Of a DNA stretch of 64,000 bases, positions 25,405-39,500 are shown piece after piece (position 1 is the stretch's first letter; each line of letters starts with the position of its first letter). A program made the translations under genes and the position numbers. Under the pieces are notes generated by a model. That model worked only from the letters and a program-made list of their open reading frames with translations. It was not told the origin of the DNA and did not search any database. Origin of the DNA: Podarcis tiliguerta (Eukaryota); the NCBI GenBank assembly GCA_965153285.1, contig OZ229115.1; one strand, given 5' to 3'.

Positions 25405-27126
25405 CTTGGCATAACAACTTCCTAAAAGTGCAGAATCTTATCAAAGTGAATACAAATTGACTGACTTGCCCCTGTGATTACCCACCCAGAGAAATGCCTA
25501 TCTCACTTGCAATGAGATTTCATTTCAATTTACATTTCCACTGAAGTTTTGTGCAAATAACCTTCCGTAGGAAATAAATGGACTTTCTCCTCCAGTTCTT
25601 CCATTTTACATGACCCTTTATCCTTGTTTCCTCAACATCTCTTATAAGCAAATTTATTAATCTGAGAGGTTTATAGTGGAGAATATGGCAATGCCTCTCA
25701 ACCTGATTTGAAGCTTAATCATATACCAACCTGTAGTAAAAAAAAGAGGAGAGGGGGACCTGTGATTTCCTAACACATGGCTGAACCAGAGAGAAAAGAT
25801 GCATACCAACTTTGCTTAATTGATTGGGGAGAGCTCTGAGTAGAGCAATAAATGTGAGATAGAGGCTGGGAAGGTTGATTTATGAGGATTTACCAGAAGA
25901 AACACATGTGGATATTGCATGGCTATAGGATGACTAAGAGGGGAGGGAGGGAGGGAGGGAGGGAGAGAGAGAGAGAACAACTCTGGGCCTCTGAAGGCAA
26001 TTAGCAAACTGTACTTTACTTTTAGTGCTATACTTGCCCTATCATAAATGTGCGCTGGGACTGGCATCAGCAAAGAGATATTCTTTCACCACACTTTGGC
26101 AGTAGATGGTTCTTTATTGCAATTTGTTATGAGGGGCCACTTTTGAGATGTCTACTTATGGACAAAAAAGGAGGGGCAGGAAATTGATTTTTAAAATGTA
26201 ATAATGGACCTGGTGGGGTGTTCCCTGGGAAAGAATGCATAGCACACTTTTTTCCTTGGCACCAACAAATCCAGTTTTGTTCTGAAGTATGAAAATATGG
26301 GGAAGATGTCGGATGCACTTGGTTAGCACAGTTGTGATAATCTTTTCCACATTGCCATAGCATGCTTGGGTGTCGTATGTCTAACCTGCATCCACGGGAA
26401 GATAAATAATCAGTGCTTGTTAATTCTGGATGGGACATGCAAGACTGTTGACTGGAAAGGTGTCATGCAACAAAGCCTGCTTTCGAAACAGAGAGGGGAA
26501 CCAAATGGCTTCCCAGCCCCAGAGAGTTTAGATGCCAGAAAGTCCAGGTTCAGACAGCCACTCAGCAAAGGAGCATGTACCTGATCCCATAGGAACAGAG
26601 CAGCTCACAAGTTGAGGCTCCTGGGGAGTAAAGGCCTCTTCAAGAGCAGTGTTGGAAACTCCCATTGTTCTAGGCGCATTTTGTGACAGGGAATTTCATT
26701 AGCACAAGCAGTTTCTGAGGTCTGGGCGCAGTCCTGCATCTAAGATTTCAGATTAAAACTACAGAGTGGAAGGAAAGGAGGACCCTTTTCTGCCTCCCCA
26801 CTTCCAGCCACTCTCTGAAGACTGGAGAAGAGACCTTCTAAAGAATGTTAGGGGGGGTTGCAGGGGAAGGACTAGACCATGTGAAAAATAAACATTATAT
26901 TTTAGCTGCAATTCATTCATTTTCAGCTTCGTATGGAAAAAAAAGTGTGCCTAGACATACCGTTGTTGCACCCATAACCTAGGTTTAAGGTGCCATTTAG
27001 CTCCTAGCTTTCATATCTCAGTTTCTAACACTGCTCAAGAGCAGGACTAAGTGCTTGCATCTGATTCTGGGCAGAAACTACATCAATTCTTAGCTGAGGT
27101 CTCGTAGCTACTAAAACAATGTATGC

Positions 27127-27379
27127 CAGGGGTCAGCAAACTTTTTCAGCAGGAGGCCGGTCCACTGTCCCTCAGACCTTGTGGTGGGCCAGACTATTAT
27201 TATTTTTTAGGTGGGGGAAATGAACGAATTCCTACGCCCCACAAATAACCCAGAGATGCATTTTAAAAGGACATATTCTACTCATGTAAAAGCACACTGA
27301 TTCCCAGACCGTCCGTGGGCCGGATTCAGAAGACGATTGGGCCTGATCCAGCCCCTGGGCCTTAGCTTGCCTACCCATG
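27127..27379. mobile_element. hAT-type MITE with perfect 8-bp TSD
   Basis: Ends caggggtcagcaaact and agcttgcctacccatg; TSD atgtatgc at 27119-27126 and 27380-27387. Confidence 0.9.
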
Positions 27380-30300
27380 ATGTATGCCTTTCAGCTACCA
27401 GACTTTTGGCTAACCTGCCTTGCTCCACCTCTTGACTGACCTACGCTGTCTACTCTTCTGCGCTGCCTATTCTCTGGACCGCTATTCAACAGTTCTGCCT
27501 TTTGGACTGTGCATAATCCTGGACTGCTTTATTTTATTTTGACCACAGTAGACACGACTTTTCAGGCTCTTCTTGTTCCTGACTTGATGCAGGAAGAGGA
27601 AACTAAGGGAAAATAGCTGAAGTAGAAGTTGGCTTGAGAAAAATGGAGACTGAGACAAGGAGGAGGTAACGAGAGAGATAGATCAGAACTTAATTTCAGA
27701 TATTAATATGAATCAACCTGCTAATTCCTTAGCTTCAAACTTTTAAAAGAGATCTTGAATGTTCTCTTAACACAAGAGTTATAGAAGAAAAAGACAACCA
27801 AATATATTATAAGCAATGTGAGCCAGCAACTTGAAGCAGGGATTTGGCCTGAATGATTTTGAAAGTACATACTTGTGGTCATTTCTGGATGCATTTACTG
27901 TTAATATAAGCATAAGCTGTATCTTTAGCAACAGAAAGTCAACGTCCAAAGTTTTTTCTTTGTCACAGAAGGATGAGTCTAACAGCTATAAAAAGCCAAT
28001 TCTAATCAAGATGTACATGTCCAAAGTGAAACATGTCAGTGTAGCAGGAAAGCTGAAAGGAACTCTTAAATAAGTGAAGATCGAACCTAAAAATAACCCC
28101 CCCAGGTCAATTTGCATATCGCATTAATAAACTTTTGTATAACCTCATGCAAACAAATGTCTAAACTCAATTGGTTAAACTGGACAAGCATCTCTGATTC
28201 AAGTCTTGCTTACGCTAATAACTTACCATCGGTCCATGCTGACTTCTACTTAATTTACAGTACAATCCTATCCATTTCTACTCAAAAGTACATCCTATTG
28301 ATACAAACCTATATCCACTTATCTGGGGGTAAGCCAAACTCAGTGAGACTTGTTTGAGTAGACATGAGTAGCGTTGTGCTGTTAGTCTTCAGTGGCATTG
28401 CAGAGAATCTACTAAAAACATCTGGAAGTAGATGGAATGGCTCATAAATTTTAGCTACTCTTGGCAGGGCAGGATTGAAAGCAAGGCAAGAAGGTCCCTA
28501 TCTAGGATGAGCGTGTGTCCCAGAATTTTTCAGAGCATTCCTGAGCATACTTTGCAGATTGTTTTACTGGAAAAGCCACATTTTAAATACACAAAGGAAA
28601 TGAAAAACTCTTCAGTTCACCTAGGGAACAAATACGCCATAGTGGTAGCCAAGCTCATGCTTTACATTAGGCCTAGTTGTGCTTCTTGAATTCTGCCATC
28701 ACAGGAGGCAGCCTAGTTCCACACTTCAGTCTCCTGTGGCGTCACTTCACAAAGTTTCTAGCAGCAAATATTACACCTACTGTTGATCTGACGGCCTGCC
28801 CACAGTGCAAGCTCCTTCAGCCCCCAAATGACAAAATATTGATTGCATTCTTTTCTGCTACAACAGGTTAATAGTACTGAGACACAAGCAGAACAAAGAA
28901 GGATATGCCTCTGATAGGCACCATCGCCTCAACTAAATACTACCAGTAGTTAGTTTGTTGTTATTTAGCTACACAGAAGTCACCAGTGTTGGTAATTAAT
29001 CCCTGCTGGACTGAGAAACCATCAAACAGGATGGTTTAGTCTAGCTAAATTCCCATCTTTAAGCAAATGGAAACAATCTCTGCATGTGGGGAAAAACCAC
29101 TCATCAGAAATTCATAGGTTAAGCAAGTTTATTTGGTACATCTGAAAGTTATAACTCTATTGATAAATGTCTTCTCTAGCAAGACAGTGAATCAATAGGG
29201 CTTCAGGATATGGAGTAGTCATGAGGAAAGACCTCAGTCCCGTCATATGCCTCAAGAATTACCTCTTCATAACCTTGCTGAACCTAGCTGGTCAGATGAT
29301 AAATGCAAACAGGATCAGGAGCCATCGCTTCTGCCAATAAACTTCATGTGAGCAAACAGTGAGTTGGAAAATACAGCAAACACAACTTCCCTTCCCCTTC
29401 CCTTCCGTGTGCTGGACTCTTCCCAAAGTCAACCCTCACCAAAGGCGTTCCTGTAACATCACCTCAGCGATTCCCTGAAGAGCAATTAAACCGTCCCCAG
29501 CTGCCAGCTGTGCTGCCGATCAAACTAACAACCATGGACAAAGACAAGGAGGCGAGACAAACTTGGATCTTCCATTCCTGCCCCAGGCAGGGTGAACACC
29601 TTTTTGCCAGAAAGACGGAAGGCACCAGGGCCATGAAAGTGACCATAGAACTGACAGTTGGGTGGTGAATTCCCTAGGGTTCCTCTGTTTCCTTCTTCTG
29701 TGATTATCAGAAGCAAGCCTGTGAGAGGAGCTTTAGCAAAGCCACATAATAGTGTCTTAACTGGTCCGCCTCAGGGGACTTCAGTGAACCTCTGACCTGA
29801 AGGCTGTAGGGCAGGTGTCACTCTGGTGTGAAAAAAAGAGTCTTCCTCCCTTCCTCCCAATAGGGGTCTACTGTTGACAACAGCCGGTAGAGACACAACA
29901 GACTCACGTGCTGCTACAGATCATTACATTAATAGTTGAAACAATAATTTTCCATGCATTTCCATTTTGGTTTCACAATCTGACGGGGGAGAGATTTTCA
30001 TCAGACAGTTAACAAATCAAATAAATATATTTCCCCCATGTCTGGAACACAAATTGCAATGCAGACTGTGCTATACAAAAGCACAGTCTAAACTTTAGGC
30101 AACTACAGTCCTTGAGTCAGCCCATAGGGCACAACTTGGGGATTGCTTCAATAGTAAAATAAAAAATAAAAATCCATCTGCCTTGAGAGACAATGGAGTG
30201 CACCTCTAGGGGTGAAGTCAATCTGCTGGAGAATCACAGCTCCTGCTGTGGCTGCAGAGGCTGGTAACTTGGGAGCAAGGGAATTGTGCCATTCTTGAGT

Positions 30301-32361
30301 TTGTCTAGCTAAGATTGGAAAAGCTCCCAAATCCAGCTGAGCCCCACTCAGAGCTCATTTATGCTTCTTCCAAGACCTGTGTGTCTAGCTTATTCTCTAC
30401 CTTGTCTGCATTTACATGTATGATCTACCACAGGGAATGAACAATCCCCTATAAGCTTAATAAAAGAATCTTTGGTTTTTTTTTTTCTAAATTCCTTTCC
30501 AGTATCAAAGACTCAGTCAAATAATAGACAAAATTTTAATGCAGATGTCAGAAGAAAATGGTGGGTTCCCCTTCCACTGCCCATTAACAAAAACAAGTGG
30601 GAAACTCCCCAAGGCTATTTTGGTTCACCTGAAACCGCAATATATTGGCACAGCCAGTTTGCAATGTGGTAGTTCATCTCAGAGGGTGATATTCAAGTAA
30701 GTTTTACTCAGAGTAGATCCACAGAAATTAATTACTAAGTCAGGTGTATTATTTTAAATGGGTCCAACATGAGTAAAACTTAGCTGACTATACCCAGCAT
30801 AATTTTCTCCAGATTACTGGGTGGAATTCAACATCATGCTATTGCAAACATTATACCTGCACATGCATACCAGATTGCCAAATGGAACAATCCCATCTCT
30901 CTCCCCCCCGCCCCGCATGCTGTTATGGGGGTTCTCCCAACCCCTGCAGAGTCAGTTGTTGGGGGCATAGATGCAAGCAGGGGAAGGACATTTGCACATT
31001 TGGAAGCCTTTGTGCAGGCCTTCCGCTGAAGAAGTTTGTTATGTGGTTCCCACCCACTGTATCTAAACATGTCTATCCTTAGTTTTTAAAAGATTTTGGA
31101 GTGTATTTTGTTAGAGCTAAACTGAAATGGATGTGTGTGTTGAGAAGAGAGGTGAACATTTTTCTTCCCCTGTGAAATGCATACCCATTTCAGAATTCTT
31201 TGGGAGGGGACTCCACACAAGGGTGAAAATGTTTGCAGAATGGTTCCCTACTCAGTACACATTCCACTCAACGGCAATGTGTTATGCCCTTACACTGAAC
31301 TGACTTTGCAACTTCATCACTTAGCTAAATGTGATTGTTCTTTCTGCCTACATTATCACAAAGAAATGGAAATAATTATGTTCAATGAAATGATGTTATG
31401 ATGCTGCACAGCCAAATCTGATGGCGTTGTCCTGGGGCTAATTCAGAGTGAGGGCATAAAGCACTGCCTTTACTCTGAACTGACCTTGTGATATTGCCAC
31501 ATAGACAAACCTGATTGCATACATGGCGTCATCACCCTGGCCATGTAATCCTACAAGAAAAACATGGTCGGAAAAATAATGGAAATGAAAATGCTGCTGA
31601 TCAGACCTGCAAACAAGTTTTGAAAAGTTGTGAAGATAGTGACTAGCAGGACTTCCCAGAGAATATTTTCACAGCAAAGATTTGGTGCAGGACTATACGA
31701 ATGTCTGCACTCTGCATTACATGCACATAGATGGGATAAGGTGTTAGTTCCCTATACGTCCTACAACAGAAAAGAAAATCAGTCTGACATCAGCACTGAA
31801 GCTGTAGCACATCTAGCACATCAAGCTTTGAAGGGACAAGTATCTTGTTATTCCTGGAGGCTCTCTAAGAAGTTACTTTGCTTCCAATTTAGTACCGAAG
31901 TGCTGAACCTCCAGCAGATAACAGTTGGTGCAAAGCTTCCAGAAAGTATCATACTGCTAAGGGACAGTCACTCACTTCCCTCACCATTCTCTGTCACAAT
32001 TGTAGAATAGGTCTGCTCACAAATACCACTAATTTTGGTCACATACATTCCATATGTACAAACTGAAATAAAAGCACTCTAACCTAACCCAGCTGAACAC
32101 AATACATGAAGCTAGTGAAACACAAGGAAACTCTTCACATCAAAAGGAATGTACACTCCAGACTTTCTCCATAAAGGCTCAGGGCCAATTTCATGTGCCC
32201 CAAATCCAGTCCTTAGGACCACAATGAATCAAATGCATCGCACAGATAGCCTTGTAGCAAAGACCAGTTTTCAGATTCAGCATATTATTAGCCACACAAT
32301 ACAGTCAACCTGATCTCATTCCATAATGTTTCGTAAGCCAGTACATTCAATGAATTCCTAC

Positions 32362-32447
32362 CTGGTGCTGCCTGGATCTCTGACACTCCACCAGCGATGA
32401 TAAGAGCCTCAATAATCTTCACATGATGCTCTGGATTCAGTTCCATG
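32362..32447 (-). CDS. PIK3R3: Coding exon (86 nt, phase 2 to 1), end of the BH domain leading into the proline-rich linker
   Basis: Acceptor cttgttttcctag|C and donor CCAG|gtagga. Translates (S)MELNPEHHVKIIEALIIAGGVSEIQAAP, comparable to p85alpha [26 protein letters not shown]. Phase is compatible with the preceding exon and with the expected ALPPKPPKP exon. Too short to appear in the ORF track. Confidence 0.88.
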
Positions 32448-33460
32448 CTAGGAAAACAAGGACAAAGAACTTAGTACAATGTTAGTCACGGCTTCTGCTT
32501 GCTCAGTTTGCCTGCGATAGAAGAGGGAATCAGACACTGAGACCAGTCAGAGAAATCCAAACCCATAATCCGCCATGCTGCAAGCAGTTTGGATGAGGTG
32601 GAGGTGTTTACCTATCCAGCCCTGCCAGTGATGAGTACCCCAATGCACCCACCCAGGCCACTGCCAGTAACAGTGAGCAGAACCAAAAGAACCAGGGTGC
32701 TTAGTGGAAAAGGTGAGCAGGCACTGGGATCACGGGATGGAAACAGGATCATGTGACTACAATGGACTTGATCCAGACCTCTTCACTGAGGCAGGTTGGC
32801 AGATGACCAAGTGAGGAGGCTACTTTGCCTGTCTTCACCTTCTACCTTAGCTGGCATGAGCAGTGGGGCTGTGGATTTGGTGGTGGCTATGTTGCTCCAT
32901 TAAGCCCCACTGCTGAAGGGCAGAGGTTTGGAATGATCCCTTGGACATGCCAATCCAAGAATCTGTGCAACCTGGGTCCTTGCATTGCAAGAGCTTCATG
33001 GGAAACAAAGATTTATGGTCTACGAGTGCTGCTCCCAATTTCAGTGCCTGGTTTAAAAGTTACTTGAATAGCTGCCGCAGTTTTAGGCTTGCCTTCATTA
33101 CATTATGATTCCTTATTGGTTTACATTTCTTTCTTTGTCTTTGTTTATATGTATGTATTTATTAACTTCACTGATATGCCATCTTTCTGCCAAATATTCA
33201 AGGCAGCAGTTATATGTATGATGGTCCACTGAAAGCCATTGTCTAAAGCCCTTTCTCTTGGATTCTTGGAAACTTCTCCAGCTGAAATATAATTGGCTTC
33301 AACCAGTTGGGGCATTTCTGAAATTCAGGTGCAAATGGAACTCTTCTTGCTAGTGGGCAGGAACCAAATCTTATTTTTAACTTGAGTTCCGGATTAGTAA
33401 CGTGAGGGATGAGGAGGAGCAAATGAAGATGCTTCTGGTTAAATAGTCCAGCAGTTTCAC

Positions 33461-33662
33461 CTTGATGGGGATGGTTTAAAAAGCACGTCACTAAAGGCCT
33501 CTCCAAGCATCCTGGGTGTGAAGTGATTCTTGCTGCCATTCTGGCACAGTTTACAGAAATGCCTGGTCAGGTGTTGCAGAAGGAGTCTGTGCCATTGAGG
33601 GAGACGGGGAGATTCTAGGATCAATTTTATCTGTTGACCACACTCCTCTGGGCTCTGAGTTT
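33461..33662 (-). CDS. PIK3R3: Coding exon (202 nt, phase 1 to 2) of the same gene, BH/RhoGAP domain
   Basis: Acceptor ttttttcttcag|AA and donor CAAG|gtgaaa. Translates (E)TQSPEECGQQIKLILESPRLPQWHRLLLQHLTRHFCKLCQNGSKNHFTPRMLGEAFSDVLFKPSPS, gap-free against p85alpha [64 protein letters not shown]. In frame with the exon at 54079-54210. Confidence 0.92.
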
Positions 33663-34034
33663 CTGAAGAAAAAAGACAGGAGAAAAGAAGACAGCTTTTA
33701 TATACAGGTAAAAATTCAAGACAGGTAACTTCTGTCTTCACTCACAATCTCAACTCTCCATTCCTGTCTCCATATTGCACACAGGTTTTGCTTCCACAGC
33801 TCCCTGCTGGCATTTTCCTGGAGAAACCTCTAGAATGCAGAGTCCATCTTGGCCGAACAGCATCTGGCTAGTTTATTTCAGGTTTAGAAGGCACCTTGCT
33901 CATTGTTGGCATCTGCCATGGGAAAGTTCCAGTTTTATTTGCACACATACATATTGGGATAAGTGCTATCAGACAGTGGGGCTGGATCGTGAGTTTGCTA
34001 CAGCTGGCATCACTTGAGTGAAAATATACTTAGG

Positions 34035-34225
34035 ATACATCTGCCGGTGGAAAGGCAGTGGTGAGGAAAGCAATTCCCCTTCCTCCTGCAGCCCCCCAAT
34101 ACCCCCCATCTTGTTTTCAAATGCCCCCCCCAGCCCACCAGAGCAGATTTTCAGGGGGCATAGACAGCTGCAGGGGGAAGGGGAATTGATGAAAATTTGC
34201 CTCCTCTCCCATTCTGCCAGTTGGA
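34035..34225. mobile_element. Old palindromic MITE-like element
   Basis: Internal inverted repeat aattccccttcctcctgcagc and gctgcagggggaaggggaatt; a weaker relative lies near 30880-31000. Confidence 0.5.
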
Positions 34226-35226
34226 GCCCTTCAAGTAGTGGGAAGCAAAGTGCCAATCCAACCCAATATATACACACACTTAAAACCCAATAGGTTGTGA
34301 GGCTGCTGCATGTCCTGACCCTCTGCCTTCTGGTGCGGCAGTCATGAGCACTCAGGTTTCAGGTGCAACAGTGGCTCAGTAAAAGTCAGCCAGGGGGTAG
34401 GGGGATAGATTATGCCATTAATTCTCATATGTCAAGGGTGATTGGTGTACCTACATCCTGATTTATTCACTCCTATTGTAATCTGAAAAGCTCCCCTAGT
34501 ACACACACTTCTTGCGTTGATGTACTTGGTAGTGCATGCTAATATACAATTGGTGCATATTTTGCACTCCTGTGGTATTTTCCTTTGGGAAACATCAAAC
34601 CTGAAGTAAAAACAAACAAGAAAGCAAACCAGGTCCTACCTCTCAAAATCAGGAAATGGCCTTAGAAACTGAAAGCTGATTGCATTCTTTTTATGGCTTT
34701 CTGTTTGGTTTAGGAATATCCAGCACATATAGCCACCATTATGTTTTCAAGATTACGTGCACAAGCCTACAGACTAGAAATTCTGCTAACCGATTGATGT
34801 ATTTTGCTTACCAATCAATATTTTATTGGTAGATGCTGTTGCAAAGAGCAGATACATACTACTCTTTTAGTCATTGATCAGTTTGTGATATAGCCTTTGG
34901 TGGATTTCCGCACATATGAGCTAGTTAATCTAAATACGTGTCATTTGTTTTGGCCTTACAAGATTCCTAGATATCCTTTTAGTAGTTTCTATCTTGCTGG
35001 AGCAGCAGTTGGCTCCTCCATCCAGTTGCCCTGTTGTAATCATGGGAACAGCCAAATGAAATAGCAGACGGAAGTCTCTTCTCCTGGGACCCACAGACGC
35101 GACAAAGTCTAGAGACAACGATATGGGGAAACATCCAAGTTTGTCCCTGGAGTGGAACAGATGGCACTTCTTTGGTCTTCCCTGGGAACTTCTAAACAGA
35201 CCTTACAATGTTTTAGGACGCAAATA

Positions 35227-35452
35227 CAGTGATACCTCAGGTTAAGCACTTAATTCGTTCCGGAGGTCTGTTCTTAGCCTCAAACTATTCTTAACCTGAA
35301 GCACCACTTTAGCTAATGAGGCCTCCTGCTGCTGCCGTGCCACCGGAGCACGATTTCTGTTCTCATCCTGAAGCAAAGTTCTTAACCTGCAGTACTATTT
35401 CTGGGTTAGTGGAGTATGTAACCTGAAGCGTATGTAACCCGAGGTACCACTG
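35227..35452 (+). mobile_element. Tc1/mariner (pogo/Tigger-like) MITE with TA TSD
   Basis: ta|cagtgatacctcaggtta ... taacccgaggtaccactg|ta; same family as 56165 and 60114. Confidence 0.9.
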
Positions 35453-36275
35453 TATGTAAAAGACGGGTGGTAGATACATTGACAGACAGACAACCAGAAT
35501 CTTCTCATATGGCCTCAGGTAATTGGATCTATAGAATTAAGTGGATTTAAATTCCACCAACACAGAATTTTAAAAACTGTTTTGCTCTGAGAGCAATGGC
35601 CTCTGTGAACTGTAACAGTTCTTTTTGCAGTTGTTACTTCTTGGTATTAATCTATAATGTAGTACGACATCTTGTGCTCTCTTTTGCACACACTATTTCT
35701 CTCTCACACACATACACCTGGCTATTTGTGTAATGACCAAAATGTCATTCTTGATCTAAAGCAGGCACAGCCACCTTCTGTGTCCTGGGGGTGGAGTGCT
35801 GTCATTCCATCCAGTGGCCCAGGACTGGGAATCCTACTTTGCTGCACAACATGACACTTTGCTAGTGCTAGTGGTTCTATAATAAAAGACATGCCAGCTA
35901 GCAGGGGGAAAACCCAACTTTTATGGAGTTATGGAGCCCAGATGCACAGGCAGGATGAGGATAATATTATATACAAAACCCAAAGAGATGTAAAAGTGAA
36001 ATGAGAAACATCTGTATCTCACAACATTGTAAACATATGCATTTTCCTTACAAGCAAAACGATGGGCGAAATATTTATCGCAAGCTTGATTAAAATGTGC
36101 TGAGGCTGCTAAGGGCCAGATACAGTTGCTTAGCAAGCTGGATCTAGTCCCTGCACTGCCAGCTGGCCACTCCTGCTTTAAAGCGTTGAAGATCAGCTTT
36201 TTCCTTGGCAACCTCTGTCATCTTGAACAAGTCGCAGGTTGTAGCTCTCATCCTATCCTGCCTTGCAAGGTGTGT

Positions 36276-36531
36276 GAAGAAGAAGAAGAAGAGTTTGGAT
36301 TTGATATCCTGCTTTATCACTACCAGGAGGAGTCTCAAAACGGCTAACAATCTCCTTTCTCTTCCTCCCCCACAACAAACACTCTGTGAGGTGAGTGGGG
36401 CTGAGAGACTTCAGAGAAGTGTGACTAGCCCAAGGTCACCCAGCAGCTGCATATGGAGGAGCGGGGACGCGAACCCGGTTCCCCCAGATTACGAATCTAC
36501 TGCTCTCAACCACTACACCACACTGGCTCTC
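36276..36531 (-). mobile_element. Full-length Squam3-type SINE with (CTT)n tail
   Basis: tRNA head on the minus strand, ctgggtgaccttggg core, and a tail reading gaagaagaagaagaag on the plus strand. Confidence 0.9.
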
Positions 36532-39500
36532 CATAGAGCCTCTCACAGAATCATAGAGATGGAAGGGGCCATGAGGGTCATCTAAGCCAACGCCCTGCAA
36601 TGCGGGAATCCTCGCCTCCCCAACATGCGGCCTGAATCCACAACTCTAGAAATAACATGCCAGATATTGTGGTAAGCATTTGATCAGAGAAGAGAAATGG
36701 TCCTGGAGACATAAAATTCATCTCTATTTGCTCAGTGGACTTGGCATACCGTGTGTTCAAGAACATAATATTAAACACAGAAATAAGTCCCACTAATTTC
36801 AATGGGACTTCCTCCCTGTGCAAGATTCCAGCCCAAAGCTTGTTGTCTGACTACTAATGTGTTATTGAGAACGACACCACTTTTGAGATAGGAAACTCTT
36901 TCTTTCTATGGGGTCTCTTCAGATGGGCCTTGGCACAAATTTGTCAAATTTCTTCCAGCCCTCTGAATGTAGCCTGTATGCTACTCTCATTAGGTTGCTG
37001 GCACCTGTTCCTTAAAAAAAAAAGAGCTGATCTTGGGAAAGTTTACTCAGCAACCACTGGCTCTACCACATCTGCAACATGAACGGCTGATGATAATAAT
37101 TAGCGAGCAGGATTTGATGGTGTGGTGCTGCAGCTCGTTAACGAGGCTGCTGGGATGTGAAATGGGCTGGGCTATGCATCGCTAATGAGGCAGTGGGGAA
37201 AGACTTCTGACCCAAGGGCCCATCAAACAAGACTGTTGGGAGAGGGTGGGAGGCAGCAGAACTACAGGAAACAGAGCTGCAATTAAGAGCAGGCAGACAA
37301 AGAGAGAATCAAATCAAAGACGAATGTGGTTAGGGGCTGGGGAGTGCACTGGCTCCAGCCTCAGAAAATCTGGGTTATTATAGCTCCCCAAATGCCTATG
37401 GGGGAGGATGAAGGGTATATCTGCAATGTGATGTGGTGAAGGCTTGGGACCATATTGGGGACCAACAAAAGACCCCTTCCTCCCCACAACTTAGCTCTTT
37501 GCTAATAAAATGGTAGCCACTGCCAATCTTGGATGTCACATCTTTTCTCAGCTTAAATTAAAAGGCAGATATGCAAACGTCCCTTGAACCAGCATATCCG
37601 TACTAGAGCTTTTGTACAAAATGATTCAATGTGTAATAAATTGAAGCTGCATTGTCTTCTCTATGTACACTTTTTTCTCTTTGTAGCATAAATCACTCTT
37701 ATTGTTCGTGTGGTGGTATGCCAAGGTACAGGTTTGTTATGCTTTTGAGCCAGAAAAAAGATGTGCATGATGCTTCCCTCTGGTGGATATGAACAGAGTT
37801 GCTCCAGTATGTGTCACTGCCCTTCAGCTTCTGGTATGACAAACAATAACTCAAGGTGCCACCAGTAGTGAATGTAGAGCCTGCCTGGACTTCTATATAG
37901 GAGTCTTTAACACTTCAGCTAAACTTACTGACTTAGCAGAACTCCTTCCAACAGCTCATCTCAGTAGTAGCAAATTAGCCAACCCCTAGCTGGAGATGGC
38001 ACTAGAAACCTAACATGACTTAGTCAAGAAAGTCAAATCATGTCGCACTGCCCACAGGTTGGTGGCACCACAGAAGGTGAAGTGTTGCCATAACCTTTGC
38101 ACGGCCTAACACTTTGCATGGAAACTCGGCGCCCACCATTTTGATGCAGGCTGCATTACGAATCTTTTAAGTGTCCTGGGCTCCTGTGAGGAATTTCCCA
38201 AATTACTCGACAGGCTGCCCAGATTGGCATCAGGTTCTATGCTTCCTGGAATTTCCAACCCAAATGTGAACCAGCTTGTTACCCTGCAGGAGAATCTTGC
38301 CCTGGCAGAGATGCATAATAACATTCATGCTCTCCATTGCTCTGATGGACTTTTCACAAGCCCAGCCTTATGTAGTCTTATAAGATATTGCTTGGCTACT
38401 GTCCAGTGAGTGGGGGTTGGGAACCGAGAAGATCCTTTTGCTCAATCCTGAAGGATTTTCTGTGCTTAAATCCTTTATGCCTTTGTGCCTGTGTGGCTCA
38501 GATTTCAAATTCAGATTGGTTAAGCCTCCTTTCTGATGCTTGCTTGAGGAAAACGTTCCTGTTCCTCATTTTTTTACTTGGGATAATGCACATTTTCCAT
38601 GGAACTTGGCTTTGGGGAATGGACTCTTCCAACTCAAGCAATTATGTAACTGCACTCAACTGGGCAGAGAACATTTTAGAAACAACTTATTTTCTGTTAT
38701 GTTTATGATATATGTTTCCGTGATTTGATTTCCTGATGCTGTAATTAATCTATGTTTGCCTACTGTATTAATATGGCTAAAGATCTGCACACCCCTATGT
38801 GCCAAACACTCTGCTGTTCTACACCCTCCTGATAATCAGATATTCTGGTTTTATATAAGAAATTGAGACATTCCTCAAATGGCTATAAGGCTGAAAGAAA
38901 CCGTGGAGGTAGCAGATGATTGAGGTTTGGGGAATTTAAAAATCTGAAACAGAGAATCTACTGTGGGCACAAATTTAAGAGGTTATAAAAACACACGACT
39001 TGAGTCTGGGTCTCCCACAGGAAGCAGAGGCTGAGGGAGGCTATATACACATTACCGGCCTAAAATGCAGCTAGGTTGGCTGGAAGCTGGCTTGGGGAAA
39101 ACCACAGTATTTCATAAGACGCAACAGAATAGTTATGTGTACACTGGTTCCCAAACCAGTGGTGGGAGCATCCTGTAAGCTGAGCAAATGGGAGCATATA
39201 CAGAACCAGAGAGTGATCTGCCTAAAGCTACCATGTTAAATTTGATCCAGAGATTCAAATTAAACAGCAACATTAGACTGGTCTTCTTGTCTCACCTGAT
39301 TTTGTCACACTAAGAGGATTATGAGTTGAGGTGTGAATATATGAACTAGAACTATCTGTAATTCTCATCTCTAACCAGCACCCCTGGTTGTGTAGGGAAC
39401 TAGAGTCAGATCAATAAGCTTCAGACTAGTGGTGCTGGTTTGTTAATAATCCGTCCGCAGAAGAGTTGAAACTTGCTCTCAAGACTTTTACAACAAATGT

